Assembly (NCBI RefSeq): GCF_021869535.1 | Contig: NW_026262690.1 | Location: 52,886,001 to 52,950,000 of the forward strand | DNA: 64,000 nucleotides | Source: Mytilus californianus | Taxonomy: Eukaryota | Direction of reading: 5' to 3' | Shown here: positions 34,290 through 47,484 of the stretch, in pieces | How positions within the stretch are numbered: position 1 is the stretch's first letter | Layout: the number at the start of each line of letters is the position of its first letter | Program-made: the position numbers and the translations under genes | The notes under the pieces: model-generated | What the model was told of the DNA's origin: nothing | Database searches by the model: none | What the model saw: the letters and a program-made list of their open reading frames with translations, nothing else

Positions 34290-37006
34290 TGAAACTCTGA
34301 CTTCAAATAGCTGTCAATATGGGGGAAAAATATTCTTAACGGATATATTTAGAGATTTAGATTGTGTTCGATATTTGAAAAAAGTTTACATAGCACCTAA
34401 AGAAATACAAAAATCTGCAAGAATTGCAAATATTGAACAAACTCAAATTCTCAAACAGAATGATTTTTTTTGGATTTTTTTCTCTCTCAACATTGTCTGT
34501 TGAAGAGAGAGAGATGGGATAGGAGGGGTGTAATCCCGAACTTCATGAAAAAGTGCTGAATACCGAAATCCCAAAAAAAATAAAGCATTCTTTCCCGAAT
34601 CCCGAAAAATTAATCAATGATTCCCGAGTTCCAATAATTGAAAATCCCGAATTTCCGCAAAAATAAAGGCCCAACCCGACGTCCCGAAAAGCTCTATTTT
34701 AGAGTTCAGTTTATTTGAATTTTCAGTAATCAAAATAAAAAAAAAATATTTTACACAAATTCGTCTTCAGACACATAAATTGAAAAAGGTTTCTGGATTT
34801 TGATAGAAAACAGCCAATGAAATGCATAAATATCTTGTGTCATGGGTCACGCACGAACTGTCTTACTTAATAGGGATGCTTATGCGGCACATTAAAGATC
34901 AAATTTATTTTTAACTAGACATCTACCCATTATACATTAGAATGTACCACAGAACTTGAATGCACTTGATTACATTGACCTCTTATCTTGTCGACTTTGA
35001 AGCCCATCAGACAGCTGGCTTAAATCCACGGAAAAGACTTTAATAAAATTTGTAATATCAATAACTCTTTAATTTTCACGGGAACGAAGATTTTGCAAGT
35101 ACGCAGTAGTGATTAGATCACCAATAAGAAATTTTAAAAATTAGACGCCAAGGCCGAAACTAGCTCTATCTCATAATAAAGTAATGTAAACCGTCTTGAA
35201 GCAAGAAGGTCTCCTCATGTAACCGAAGTTTTGTTTGTAGACAGATGATGCTGGTGGATAAAGTCGCACCGACTTTATGCAATGTAGGGTCTACAGAGAA
35301 ATGACGATCTAAGGGTTTGAGGTATGTATTATTTGAATAAAAATATTATCTATGTAGAATATTTGCTGTCATTTCAACTTTATTCAAACTCACTTAATAT
35401 GTATATTTTATTTTTTTTTATATTTTTTTCCACTTCCCCTCCTGAAATTAACTATTCTTTTAAGAATTTAGAACTAATAAAAATATTTTAAAAACGTGAC
35501 AAACTATTGTAAAAAAAATATACTTTGCAGTGTTCTGTTGTTCTATCAACAATTTATTCCCGGGTCGTCATATTTTAGCCATGATTTGGAAGGACTCTGA
35601 AAGAAAAGAGATTATGAAATGTCCATCTACCGAGTGCAGAAAAACCTCCACCAAATTTAATAAAATATGCAAATTGCTAGATACAATATTTGGTTTCTTT
35701 CCAATTCTAGCATTTTCGTTGTGTTAGAGATAAATTTAATGATATATTTTGCAAGAAATTAAAATTCATATTTTTAGGGTGAAGAAGATGTCATTTCTCC
35801 TTTATTGCACAAACCACCACTATACTGGAGAGATTGACCTGTTAGTTATTGCTGATAGGTGTCAACGTTTATGAATCGACATGTCCAACACTTGCAAGAG
35901 TAATTACGGCAGTGTTTGTGAAACTAATTTCATCTTTTGTGAAAAATCATCATTCGCTGCTGTCCGATAATTCAATCTTAAAGTGATTTACAGCAAAATT
36001 AATGCACATAGAGGAGAAGCATATCCTGTATTTCGGAACAGAAAGGAGCTTAGAACATTTCCTGAATAAGTGATAATTTTTAAAGCCCGTGATATACATG
36101 TGTACATCAAATTAATTTGATTATAAAAATAGAAAATTGTGCACCTAGAATTGTGCATAGCAGATAGTGATGATATCAGAACTTTTCATTGTTTAAAGAC
36201 AAATTTTCTAATGGTATGAAATCGGAAAGCGGCATTGGCGATAACTTGAAATATAAATTCAGATTTTGTATCTTCTTCAAGAGCAATTTCAATGTATATT
36301 TGAGTAATATCAACGATTAATTTATGTAGAAAATACACAAATGAAAGAATTTGGCTAATGTAATAATTTTGTTTTAAGTTGTTTTCTATTGCAAATTGTT
36401 TTTCCACGAAAAAATAGTTTTGGAAAGGCGAAATCTTCAAAATTTTTCTAGGAATTCAGTATTTTTGTGATTTATCTTTCTACTACATAATCACATTGTG
36501 TAATCTTAATTCAAAATAAAGTTGAAATTGACAAGTAAGCTTTGCAACCACGGTAATGATGTTGGGTGTAATGCCATGAGGTATTCAGGTAATTTAAATT
36601 TTTAAACTTGTCCTCTCCGCCGCTCCACTAATGTCAGTTGTGTTATGGTGTCGTTGATTTGCTGTCATTGGCGTATGTTTTCCAAATGCTTTATATAGCA
36701 ATAATTATTGTATGGATTTATAAGCTTCAAGACGAAGTGGAAAACATAACTAGAGACTCTAAATAGCCTATGTCGCTCACCCAGGTTTTTGTGCATTTTA
36801 GACAATGGACGCTCTTCAAGATTGTAGAATAGAACTTAATTCATGGACTTTATCTTTATTGTTGATCTTGTTTTGCACATGATATTTTCTGTCTACAGTT
36901 TCTCTCTATCTTTTAGTTTTCCCAAAACACAAAGAATTGTAAAATTCGTCACATAAAGACAATGACTCATATAAGAAGAAAAATGAGAATTTCATCTATG
37001 CTGATA

Positions 37007-37960
37007 ATAAAATTGAGAATGGAAACGGGGAAAGTGTCAAAGAGACAACAACCCGACCAAAGAGCAGAAAACAGCCCAATGCCACCAATGGGTCTTCAAC
37101 ACAGCGAGAAAATCCCGCACCCGGAGGCGGGTTTCAGCTGGCCCCTAAACAAAAAGGTGTACTAGTTCAGTGAAAACGGACGACACACTAAACTCCGAAA
37201 CATCAAAATTAAAAAACATACAAGACTAACAAAGGCCAGAGGTTCCTGACTTGGGACAGGCGCAAATATGCGGCGGGGTTAAACATGTTTTGTGAGATCT
37301 CTACCCTCCCCCTATACCTTTAGCCAATGTAGAATAAACAAACACATGGCAATACGCACAGTAACACTCAGTTTAAAGGAAGTCCGAGTTCGATATTAGT
37401 TTAGGTAACAGAAGAAACTAAGCAAAATAACAATGATAACATAAATTAACAAAGGACTACTATAATGTAGCAGTTACTGATATGCCAGCTCCAAACCTCA
37501 GTTAAACTGATTGAAAGATTGTCTTTATCATATGAAAATCAAGCACAATCCCTCCCGTTAGGGGCTTAGTATCATTCCATCATAAAATATATGAGAAGAA
37601 CATAACCCGTATCATGCCAACAACTTGTTTTAGAGTAAATGTGTTTATTTCCGATGCAAAGACCTTACATGTATGAGTGAATCAATATTAATTCAAAAAA
37701 ATGCCATCTTTAATGATCTGACAACAGTATCGTAACTATATCCCTTCTGAATAAGTCAGTTTAAAGGTTTGGTTAGATTTTGAGGTGAATGACGACATTT
37801 TTGTGCTTTGTATATAATATTACCATAAAAGATTGGATGTGAAATACTTGAACGTATAAGATGTCTATTTACGAATAAATGTCCTTATACCGATGATAAA
37901 ATTAAGTAAATGTTTTGACAAGTTTGTGATATCGAAAACCCTGGTGTAATAATTTTTTAC
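37007..37960 (-). mobile_element. Uninterrupted older Naiad 3' fragment (empty-site allele)
   Basis: Contiguous ..AACGTATAAGATGTCTATTT.. at ~37851-37870, with a single ATAAGAT where unit 1 carries the 3,572-bp insertion. Confidence 0.9.
37528..37594 (-). promoter_or_regulatory. SECIS homolog in the older Naiad fragment, unit 2 (quartet intact, apical AAG)
   Basis: ATGAtggaatgatactAAGcccctaacgggagggattgtgctTGA. Confidence 0.7.
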
Positions 37961-40900
37961 CTGTTTGCAGATTTTGCTTTGCTGATCATTTTAGCTTTTA
38001 AAGTTTCTATTTATCTACTATAGTTTTCAAACTAATAGGCAAAGTTTTTTAACACGTAAAATGGTAAGAATTGTCATTTAACGGCAACGAAGAGTTGAAT
38101 GACGATTTCAGCAATATTGACTTATATGTATAGATCTTGTCTTGCTAATCACTTTTGCTATTTATAGTTTCTATAATTTTCAAAATAATTGGCAAACACG
38201 CAAAAATTGGTAAAAATCGTCATTAAAGGACAATAACTCCAATAAAGAGTCAACTAACAACTGTTGACTTATTTGTAGAACTTGTTTTATGACAATTTTT
38301 GCCATTTAATATTTCTATCTATCTTTTATTGGTCACCGTACGGTCTTCAACAATAAACAAAACACATACCGTATAGCATGATATACAAGGCCCCTATATG
38401 AGAATTGTAAAAACAATTCAAACAAGAAAACAAACGGCCTCATTTATGTAAAAACAATAGACAAAAACAAGTTTGCTATACAGTAACAAACACCAACAAC
38501 TAAATAACAGGCTCCAAAATATAAAAATCAGTTGAAAAGGATCGATACAAATCACACAAACGGTAGTATTTATTCTTCCATAGGCGACAATACTAACATT
38601 TTCTAAATTTTACTACTTTTGATAATAAAAACCTGGAAAAAACAGTTTTGTATACTTTATTACTCTGTTTTAGAAATTGAAGTCAAATAGTATCATGACC
38701 ATCTTCCAACGGAGCTTAAATTGTTTGTGGTATCCATGCCAACCGTCATTTTACATCAAATTTATGACAGTTTGGAAGTCTCTTCGAATAATTCTCAAGA
38801 AAATATTTCTAAGGGTTTCAAAATTTACATTGTAAATATACACACTGTAGTTATTCATGAATAAAAAAATATATATATTATACCCTTACACCAAATCACA
38901 GCGCTCCTAAGTTGACTTCCTTCGCCTGCCTTGGATACACACAAGGCCAACTTAAAGCTGGGAAAATGTATCTTACTTTTTTCCCTAAAAGATAGTTAAA
39001 ATCCAATAAAAACTCATAAAAACATCATGTATCCAAGACTAAAATATCAATCAGTACACAACCAATGGATTTAGTGTAAACACGTCATAAACCGGCAGAG
39101 AAAAACATGATCTTGTGCAATGCGAAAATATAAGTATCGACAAAGGACCGTAAATATCCATAGGTGTAAAGCAATAACATTTAGTATTTATTTATTTATT
39201 GCTAACAAAACCAATGTTTGTATATATAAAAAACGATATTCACAAATGTTCTTACAGTGTTAAATTGACAACCTTAAAGTGCCAAAACGAGTTAGATTAT
39301 CTTGGCAAAATATCGATCTGAATGTTTAGGTTTCTACGTCACCATATATGACTAAGACATCAGCAAAATCAACGTCTGCAAAAGAACCATGATATATTAC
39401 ATTCAAATATTTTCTACTAGTACTTTGTTAGTTCGGTATGTTCTAACTGCTATTTATCATTTAATTTAGTTATTTCATTTTATTTGTTTACACTTAACGC
39501 ATTGGTACTTTCCAACAAGTATGTACCGGATATTGATTAACACTGAGTCTATGCTAGAAGTTGTAATTCAAAATGCATGCAGTTCGTCAGTGCATTGTTG
39601 AAGATATTCAATCGACTGTCGTGACGGATAGTAGCAAGAAAGGCTGTTCTATTGATATGTTACTGTTTTGGTACTGTATAGATAATTTGAAAAGGTTGAC
39701 TTGTATGTGAGAGCCTAGGTGGTTTTGATATTAATGATATTTAAGCTCTGACACAATACCAAAATGGGTCTTTTTCTGAAATATTCTGATATTTCTGTTG
39801 AACGATGATTCAGTTAGGGTTGAATCTAACACGATACGAATTGTATAATTTCATTTTCTTATGCAAAGTTAAGGACTTTCCACAAATTATTTACATTCTT
39901 AATTCACTTCTTGCTTTACTTGTTTTGCAATTTTGGCTTTGCCTCTAGAAACTTTATGTCAAATGAAATAATCATGTCAATAAAGGAGGTAATGATATTA
40001 ATTTGCCTGTTTTGTCAGATCTTTTATTTAAGTAAATTTAGTCGGCATCAAAATTATTGTTAATTGTTAATATCTTAGATGTAACATTTTCCAAAATAAG
40101 CGGACTATGTGGTATGGGTTTTGCTCATTGTTGAAGGCCGTACGGTGACCTATAGCTGATAATTTCTGTGTCATTTGGTCTTTTGTGGGGAGTTGTCTCA
40201 TTGGCAATCATACCATATCTTCTTATTTTTATAGTAGTCTACCCCTTTTTAGATTTTTATTTTTAGACTTGATCTTAAGTTACCTTATATCCTACATTTT
40301 TATAGATGTTCTATCTATGTTGATGTTGGCAATACTGTTTGTCGGATTGGGACACGGGATATAAGTTTGAATAAAAACACTGGTATCTTATAAATTGATT
40401 AATCTTTTTTTAAATGGGTTTCAGCTGTTTTCAAAAACTAAAGTACAGAGTTTGATGACCAAAAAACCGAAAAACGGCAGTTTTGTAACACTAGATGTTT
40501 AAGTCGAGGAGCTACAAAAATTCAGATTTTACAGAAATATTGGTTGTGAAGCTAATTAAATTTAAATCTTTTTTTCCTACTAGTTAATAGGGCGATGTTT
40601 TAATTTTTTGAATAGTGTTGTCTAGTACAAATGTATAAGAACACACGTAAATATCACAAAAGGATCCAAAATTGTATTTTCAATTATGATTTCTCGAAAT
40701 CTTGTTCTACGAATTTTCTTAAATTATGATATGTTAATGCGCTCAAATTTCTGTTTCGTTGATATGAAATTGATAGTGGTGACCAAATTCTTTTTTTTTT
40801 CTCTCTCTCTCATTGTTCGTATAAATAGTTGTCTTTGAACAGCGATGACAAAAGTTAGCGCGAAGTGCTGACTGCATTGTGCATAGAAATATTAAATGTG

Positions 40901-42053
40901 AAATTTGAGAGGCAATAAAATATTGGTTTAAGAAAAATATGTAAAACAGGTTTTATTTGATTAAGAATAGGCAATATAAAGTAGAATTTGAAAATTTTAA
41001 AACAGCGTCTGAGGGCATTCATTTGAAAAATGTAAGGTTCGCACAAAACGAAAAAGGAAAAACACCAGAAAAGAAATAAAAGCATGGAAATATATTTTCC
41101 TCTGTGTCTGTTTCCAAGCCATATATAGTGTTTACATATTAGTAGTAAAAGTGGTTCTGTAGTTATATAGTAATAGTGAAATATACCTCCAGGAGTGTTC
41201 GCATGTGTGCCTTTAGTCGAATACACGAAAAATGGCGCATCTAAATTTGGAATCTTAAAGCAATTCTGGTTCCGAACACGACCTACATCAGTAAAATCGA
41301 CAATCATAAACCACATTTGTGTACAGTTGTTATACGTTGTAACGTCAAACTTATGTTTACCAACATCGGCATACCTGTAATATACGGATATAATATATGA
41401 AGTCAGTAAAGACAATAGATCTGATATTGTTTTGAAATGAACAAAATGTACATGGACTATTCACATAAATCAATACAATAAAATTAAAGCAATAGATGAA
41501 TAAAAATTTCTTTGGATGTTTTACAAAATGTAGATCAATGATGTGCTTGTTAATGTCATTTGGTTGACAGTTACAGTGTGTGACTTTTCAACTCTATACA
41601 CTACGCTTGTACACAATATTATCAAACAGAAGTGTTCTTATTCAATTATGTGGACTGATTACAATTTTATTTGCTGCAGCTCAGATAAAGCCCTCTTTTA
41701 TAATGAAAAAGGTAAATATGCTAGATAATCATATACTTACTGGAACTTTGATGAGATTATAAATGCTGTTAATTTTCTCCTTGACAACTTCTGTTTACTT
41801 TTCGAAAATAATATTTATTTAGATGGTACATATATGTATTGCTTCAAGTATTATTTAAATAGCAGACTTGTTCTTGTGTTGGTAGTAATTAGAGTTTATG
41901 GCCAAACTAAAAAGCAACAACTGTCCCCTTCTAGATTAGGATATTTTAGTTTTACATGTGAAACTCCATATACAAATTTACGACAAAAGATTTGTCGTTC
42001 CATACTGTTCATTTTCAAGTTTTGATAGGTGACGTTCCTGTGGCCCATTCTTA

Positions 42054-42472
42054 TCTATACTACTAAAATAACGAGGTCCAATTTGTTACCCGACATGACG
42101 TAAAAACGACGAAATCAACGAATTCAACTTTAAATATAACTAACATAGGACAATGGTGTGGATTGAAAATTACACCATTCCAGGCCCTTTTGTTTATCAC
42201 ATAATTAGAATTAACAATATTTAACAAGTTCCGGGTCGAATCCGATACCGATACCAATAGTACCTGTTACCTGTTACCTAATCTGTACGTTCCGCCTCTG
42301 TCAGGCGCATCACCAAACGGTGTATTTGGGATTTGCTATATACACGGGTCATAATCACACCTGAACTTCGTCATTATACAGGGATTGACACTTCTAAATT
42401 CGTTCATTGACCAAACAAATATGTCTACAAGTAGTTTCCGGTTCCACTGAGTACGTCGCGGGTGTGTTCTAG
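42054..42472 (+). mobile_element. Short non-autonomous Helitron (duplicate copy)
   Basis: Same TC...CTAG termini at an A|T site. Confidence 0.8.
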
Positions 42473-43924
42473 TGGTGTGTATGTTTCCTTACTCTATCGC
42501 TATGTTTCTGTTTGTAGTTATGAGTTCGTTTCAATGAACATAATCTATGTATATGAAGTAAATGATTAAGTCGGGAATTTTGTTTCCAGAAATTTCTTTC
42601 TTTACCTTTACTAAATTCTTTCATAGATAACAATATTTAGTTTCAAAGTTTGGCTGCATCTGTAAAAACCTTACTACAAACAGGAGATCACATTCTGATC
42701 TTTACAGTGAGGATCTTAATATAGAGATCTTACATTTATATAATATCCGTGTAAATTTACTTACCCTTTGAATACGTAGTCAATTTTACACTTTAGAAAG
42801 ATCTTTGACTATTGCCTTGATGGGTACTAAGATTTAAATCACAACTAAACATTTATAGCTATACAGCTATGAATACGTATGGTCTTAAATCAGTATATTT
42901 TGGGATTGCAAAAGGTCACGCTTTTCCCAGATTGTTTATGACGTCATTACACTAAATCTGTAGGATCTGCACTGATCGATATTTTTAGCCTGGGAATCAT
43001 GATGTATTTATTAGTTGTAATTGGCTTTGAACTCGCTTTCAGTATTTGTGATTACTTTTAGATAGGTTTTGTATATCTTTAGTCTTTTGTCAGTTTTTTT
43101 TTATTATGCTGCGTGTCAATTTGATGTGTCAAGCCCTTTCCAACTGATTTTTACAGTTTGTTCAGATGATGTGCTGTTACACCACTGTCCCATGTTTGGG
43201 AAGGATACAAACGTGTTGAACGCCATCACATTCTGTATGTACCTGTATTTTAGATGTTGTCGTTGGTTACTGTCTGACAAATTTGCTTTCCGTTTATTGC
43301 TTTATCATAAATTAGGCCGTTTATTGCTTTATCTTAAATTATGCCGTTGGATTTTCTCTCGTTTGAATGGCTTTTCATTTTGTCATGTCGGGGCCTTTTA
43401 TAGCTAAGTATATTGTTTGGGGTTTGCATATTGTTGAAATCCGAATGTAGACCTAAAGTTGCTTACATCCACGTCATGTGGTCTTGGTGGATAGTTGTCT
43501 CATTGGCAATCATACAACACCTCCTTTTTATATTCTTTGTGTGCATGTCATTGGTTTTTTTCCTTGGTTAAGACAGAACAGTGAGCTATAGTGAACATCT
43601 ACATCTTTTGATCTCTGGTGGATAGCGGTCTCAATGGTAATCATATCACATCTAATTTTATATACATATATTGCTTCAATAAAATTCTGCTGGCCACTTG
43701 ACCACACGGAACCATTCGAGTTACTGGAATGATATTGCAGATCGATGGCAGCTTAACGTTCACCCAAAAAATAAAGCATGCTTACTAAGGACGATAAGAT
43801 GTTAAGAATAATATACACTGCTTTGTAATTCAATAACTCCGATTTGAATGCCCCTTTGGTATCCTTCGCCGTTCTGTCACCGAGTTCTTGCATCTTTTAT
43901 ATCACAGTCAAGTAAAAATTAAGA

Positions 43925-44060
43925 ATAATATCGAAACTGAGTCTCCATCATATCTCGATAGTTTGCTCGATACAGATGGACGACTAGAATCTATGACAAA
44001 CGTAAATATTTCAACTTTCCAATTGTCAACTTCCAATTTTCAGCAGGAACAAACAAACAG
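43925..44060 (+). mobile_element. Small Penelope-like RT C-terminal fragment
   Basis: ETESPSYLDSLLDTDGRL..TFQLSTSN resembles the ET.SS.SYLDL...DG.L.T..YDK..F.F.I.NFP region of PLE reverse transcriptases. Confidence 0.5.
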
Positions 44061-44171
44061 ATCCATCGTTTGTCATGTACATATCTCAATCGAGATCTCA
44101 TTTTTTAACATCGTACCTTATGTTGACTTTTAACTTTTTTGATTTGAGCATCCTTTATAGACGTTACAGTA

Positions 44172-44553
44172 ACGCGCGTCTGGCGTTAACAATTCTAATC
44201 CTGGTTTCTATGATATTTGTTATTAACAACCACTGGGTCGATGACACTGCTGGTAAAGGTTTCCTCCCCATGGGTATCACCAGCCCAGGAGTTAGCACTT
44301 TTGTGTTGACATGAACTATCATTGATATGGTCATAATTGTAAATTAACTATTTCAAAACATGGAATTTTTAGAAATACTAAGGATTCTCTACCCAAAAAA
44401 AGATTACCTTAGCTGTATTTGGGAAAATCTTTCGAAGTTTTTGGTCAACAATGCTCTTCAACTTCGTACTTTAATTGGCCGGTTTTTTTTTTACTTTTTT
44501 TGAATCGAGCGTTACTGATGAGTCTTTTGTAGACGAAACGCGTGTCCGGCGTA
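44172..44553 (+). mobile_element. Retrozyme-like unit: 366-nt monomer between two hammerhead cleavage sites
   Basis: 5' half-site ACGCGCGTC|TGGCGT (cut after 44180) and a full motif GAGCGTTA-CTGATGA-GTCTTTTGTAGAC-GAAA-CGCGTG-TC|CGGCGT (cut after 44546). Confidence 0.75.
44507..44553 (+). ncRNA. Minimal type I hammerhead ribozyme motif
   Basis: CTGATGA at 44515-21, stem II GTCT/AGAC, GAAA at 44535-38 and a GTC cleavage triplet. Stems I and III carry substitutions. Confidence 0.75.
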
Positions 44554-47292
44554 CAAAAATTTGATCCTGGTACACATGTATCTATGATGAATTTATTTAA
44601 TACCTTACGCTCGTGCATGTTCTTGTTAAAGAGTACGGACTTTATTAACAGGGTTATGCTCCATGCAAAAAAAATGCTCAATGCAAAAAAAAAAAACTGT
44701 AATGAGAAGGAAAGACTGAAATGTTTTGTTCAATATAGAAAATAATAAATTTAAAAAAAAAATCTTTAAACAAGTTTTCAATTATCTATGTTTTTTAAAC
44801 CAAAAAGTTAATTACCTGTGTGTTTTACATTCTATACTCAACACTGGTAGTTTGTATTTTAATTCTATATATTTATTCAGCAGCTTATTTTTAGATAACA
44901 ATTAATGTAGGTTTTTTCTTCTTCTTTTAGAAGCATATTTCATTTATGGTCATGTTCACATAGTAAGTAACAAGACGTTGTGATGTTGTTTTAATGAACT
45001 TTTCAGGTAATCAAAATAAATCGCTGGGGATTTTTTTTTTTTTTTTTATAAAGCCTTGTTTTGACACCAAAAGACTTGACCTCGACGTTTAAAACATACC
45101 ATGTATCATACATTTGTTTCACTAATGAACGAATCAAAAATCAATCAGTGACAAATATAGTAGAAATAATTGACAATTTGGCAGAACGCTACATACTGCA
45201 GGCACGTGTAAACTCACCCGTGTAAAGTTGAACTGTTGATATGCTTATTCAAATCATTCCACGAACTGTCTTGTAGAAATTCTGGCTTAAACCAAGTAGA
45301 CTTGCTAACATTGTCATAGTTTGGGAAACCACCAAATTTCAAATAAGCCACTTTTTTCCCATTTCTATACATTTCAACCTTGACCTATTAATATACATTA
45401 TAATTCAGTAAGCATAAACCGTCAGTAAATTAACATTAAAAACGTTAACACAGAGCAAACAAGTAACAAAACAGGCTGCTGTCCTTTTGTGCCAATTGTT
45501 ATTTTTAAGATGTATCATTTGTGCCAAATAATATTTTTCAAAGGGATCAATTGCGCCAATATACGGAATTCTTTGCTCAAATTTACATGTACAAATATTT
45601 CTCGTACATAATAATCCTTAATAAATTTAGGTTCCTTGAAAATAATTTATAAAATAATTGTGAATACTGTTGCTTAAGAATGAAATCACTTTAACTCCGT
45701 CAGTTTAAAGGTCCAAAAAGCCAGGATTAAGTAGAAGGATTTTGTTTTAAATTGGCGCAACCGTATACTTTATTTATGGCGCAAATGATACTAAATAATC
45801 AAATGAGTTGTGGCACAAAAGAATACCTTTTGGCGCAAACGGGTTTCTCCAACAAATTATTTGGATGATCTATCACACAGTCAACTACTGAATGATATAA
45901 ATACGAGGAGATTTTATTTAACAAAATTGTGGAAAGATGATAAAGTTTCGAACTTTTCAATTTATTGTATGTCTTAAGAATTGAAATGCTTATATACCTG
46001 TCAAATAAATAAAAAAAAAAAGGTACACTAACACATATATTAACTTACTTGAAAGATCGCGAGTTGTTTCCATTTATCCACTAAAGGACTTCGATAATGA
46101 GACTTGCAATTTGTTGTCTGGATACTCTGACATTCAACATCTTGTTTATTCAATTTATCCTGCATAAACAATGAATGAACAGGAAGAAAGACATTCTTTG
46201 TACCTCTAAATAGCATAACCCACTTTGGATTTCTGAAGTCATGTTTCCCTGAAGAAAAAGAATAAAATATAAGTAAAAATAATAAAATTTTAAAACCGAG
46301 TACATGAATTTAAAAAATTTGGCTCAAAGCAGGCATAGGCTTTACAGTTTTTAATGACAATAATAATTAAAAAGCAAACACATTTTGAGTAAGGGACAAT
46401 ATAGCAAAAAAAACCTACAGATCCTTCAGAGAATTGTTTTGTATATTTCTAAAACAAATAACTAGAAGGAAAATGAGAAAAAAATTTGTTTGTTTCTACT
46501 GAAAATCAAATAGAATATAAAAATACATTGACTTCCAAATTTTTTTTTTCTGTTCATATTTGGAAAAAATTGTCATTGATCGCTGAACATGTTCCTGAAG
46601 ACAATGACTATGAAGTTCTTGTACATCAACAGGAAACATGAACTTAATTGATAATTTTTATACCAATACTTAAGCATTGTAAGGTCGTTTGCTTTTACTA
46701 TTAAAAATAACAATGGACAAGACATAAGTTATCAATACAAAAAGATAACAGTTTAAAGTTCATACTCTCCATTTAATACATATATATGTTTTATGGTTGA
46801 TTGATTGAAGAAAAAAAATTAATTTTCGCATATTATATCTTCACATGTGTTTATATAGTTCCGATTATACAAACATACGAATGTTGATGGGTTGCTGTTT
46901 CACTGACGTTTATGACACATGTCTAATTTTGAGATTAGAATTTTGCTCTGGACGTGCGAGTCGTATCAACAATAATCCTTGACTGGCCAAAGTCTACTTT
47001 GACTATTTTATCAATACTAATTTACAAAAGGTGTCTTCGATCAGCATTTGGATACACAACTGGACCCAAGTTCCAATGTAAGTCTGATGCACCAACGGCA
47101 CTCTCTTATTCCACCACCTCTTTAAAGTTGGCTCTGTCGTTAATTGGTTTCGAATTTCGGTATTATACAGCACCTTGTTTTAGAATAAAGACTTCTGTTG
47201 CAGCTAACGGATGGAATTCCCCTCTTCGTGATTCAAGGATTGAAGTCGAATGCGTTTATGGAATTTTAAAAGATAAAAAGGATTAAATTAGT

Positions 47293-47484
47293 AATAAAAT
47301 TCTATGCTTCAGCTGTTTTGGGTCAGTATTGCCTGCCAAAACGTTTATGATCTTTATCAATAAAATGTTATGCTTCTGTTTTGGGTCAGTATTGCCTGCC
47401 AAAACGTTTATATTATCTTAAGTAATAAAATGCTATGCTTCTGTTTTGGTCAGTATTGCCTGCCAACACGTTTATGATCTTTAT
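47293..47484. repeat. Tandem repeat, ~65 bp x3
   Basis: AATAAAAT..TATGCTTCTGTTTTGGGTCAGTATTGCCTGCCAAAACGTTTAT at 47293, 47359 and 47424; partial copy near 47657. Confidence 0.9.

Larger units (their letters stand above)
31490..43383. repeat. Tandem segmental duplication, unit 2 (11,894 bp)
   Basis: Colinear copy of 15897-31489 that lacks the 22293-25864 insertion. It ends TTTTCATTTTGT|CATGTCGGGG, where the short repeat truncated in unit 1 continues. Confidence 0.95.

Noticed and set aside
40855-41415. 186-aa ORF (and its 130-aa counterpart at 29079-29471)
   Set aside because: No recognisable domain or splice signals, and the stop position differs between the duplicated copies; likely a chance ORF in AT-rich DNA.
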